NCBI GenBank assembly: GCA_013239625.1
Contig: MU053158.1
Coordinates: forward strand, 1 to 64,000
Length of the DNA: 64,000 nucleotides
DNA from: Lama guanicoe
Taxonomy: Eukaryota
Direction of reading: 5' to 3'
Part shown: in pieces, positions 63,200 through 64,000 of the stretch
Layout of the letters: every line of letters begins with the position of its first letter
Numbering within the stretch: the first letter of the stretch is position 1
Notes under the pieces: model-generated
Database searches by the model: none
Seen by the model: the letters and a program-made list of their open reading frames with translations, nothing else
What the model was told of the DNA's origin: nothing
Made by a program: the position numbers and the translations under genes

Positions 63200-64000
63200 T
63201 AAAAATCTGGAATGCCATGCCCTATGTAACATCAAATATATGTTAATTTAATCCACAACAAGTTAAGAAAATCTAATTTTATTCAACACAGTTTAGGAGT
63301 TGACAACTTGAAAATTTACTCCTTTGAGAAAGATACACATATCAATGACAGCTTGGATATCTATTAATAAATCTACTAGTCTAAAAGGTGCTTCTGTGCC
63401 CTTTACAGAAGTGGTAATATATTATTCAACCAACAACTGATTATTTACCAACAATTTTTAATTTAAGGTTAAGCTACAAAGTTCCTTCCCTGTGATTTGA
63501 AAGCGAAATATCTGAATTTTCATATAAATTTTATGTAATTATGAAGTGTTAAATGAGGCCTGAACAAATGGTACATTATCCTTAATTTTCTTTGTCTTGC
63601 GATGGCCATAATTAATTAAATATATGGAAAAATGTATTAACTCACATTGAGGCATAAGACTCACATCTGTCTCTTGGATTTCAATCAATAGCACTGGTTT
63701 TAAAATTGAAAGCATTATTCCTGATGTAATTAGTCTCTAACTTACAGTTTTTGTACATGGCTCCCACTTAGATCAAGCAGGCTGTGCTGTTCCTTGAGAA
63801 CTTTCCTGTGTAACTTTAAAACTTATTTCAAGGAGTTGGAGTAACCGAAAAACTAAGGATTAAGGATTTTTCTCTCTTTTCCTTTTCATTTAAATGGCTC
63901 CTCAGGGAAGATGGATAGGACTGGGGTGGGTTATAATTCCTTTTTCTACAATGTTCATGACATGCACTAATGAAAGTGTTCACCTTTATGTTCCTCTTGA

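Overview
AT-rich mammalian genomic DNA, most likely a camelid (alpaca/llama/camel), judged from two tRNA-Ala-derived Vic-1-type SINEs. It has two assembly gaps (4781-4899, 53422-54353). I recognise no protein-coding gene, RNA gene or CRISPR array; the ORFs in the track come from decayed L1 sequence, GC-rich L1 5'UTR, low-complexity DNA or N runs. By eye, much of the window is transposon-derived: L1, L2, L3/CR1, MIR, MaLR, ERV solo LTRs with intact target-site duplications (TSDs), hAT-Charlie and Tigger elements. The best leads are: (1) a probable LF-SINE ('living fossil' SINE) remnant at ~57.9-58.2 kb; (2) a possible unidentified minus-strand transcript, with a terminal-exon-like block at 39.6-40.4 kb and a recursive-splice-site-like motif at 54620; (3) dense developmental enhancer motifs at 18.8 kb and 32 kb; (4) two inverted MER41-like solo LTRs, one carrying a GAS motif; (5) two structurally unusual L1 copies; (6) a 195-bp tandem duplication. 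Repeat family names come from recalled consensus sequences, not a database search. I found no evidence of a new multi-gene system.
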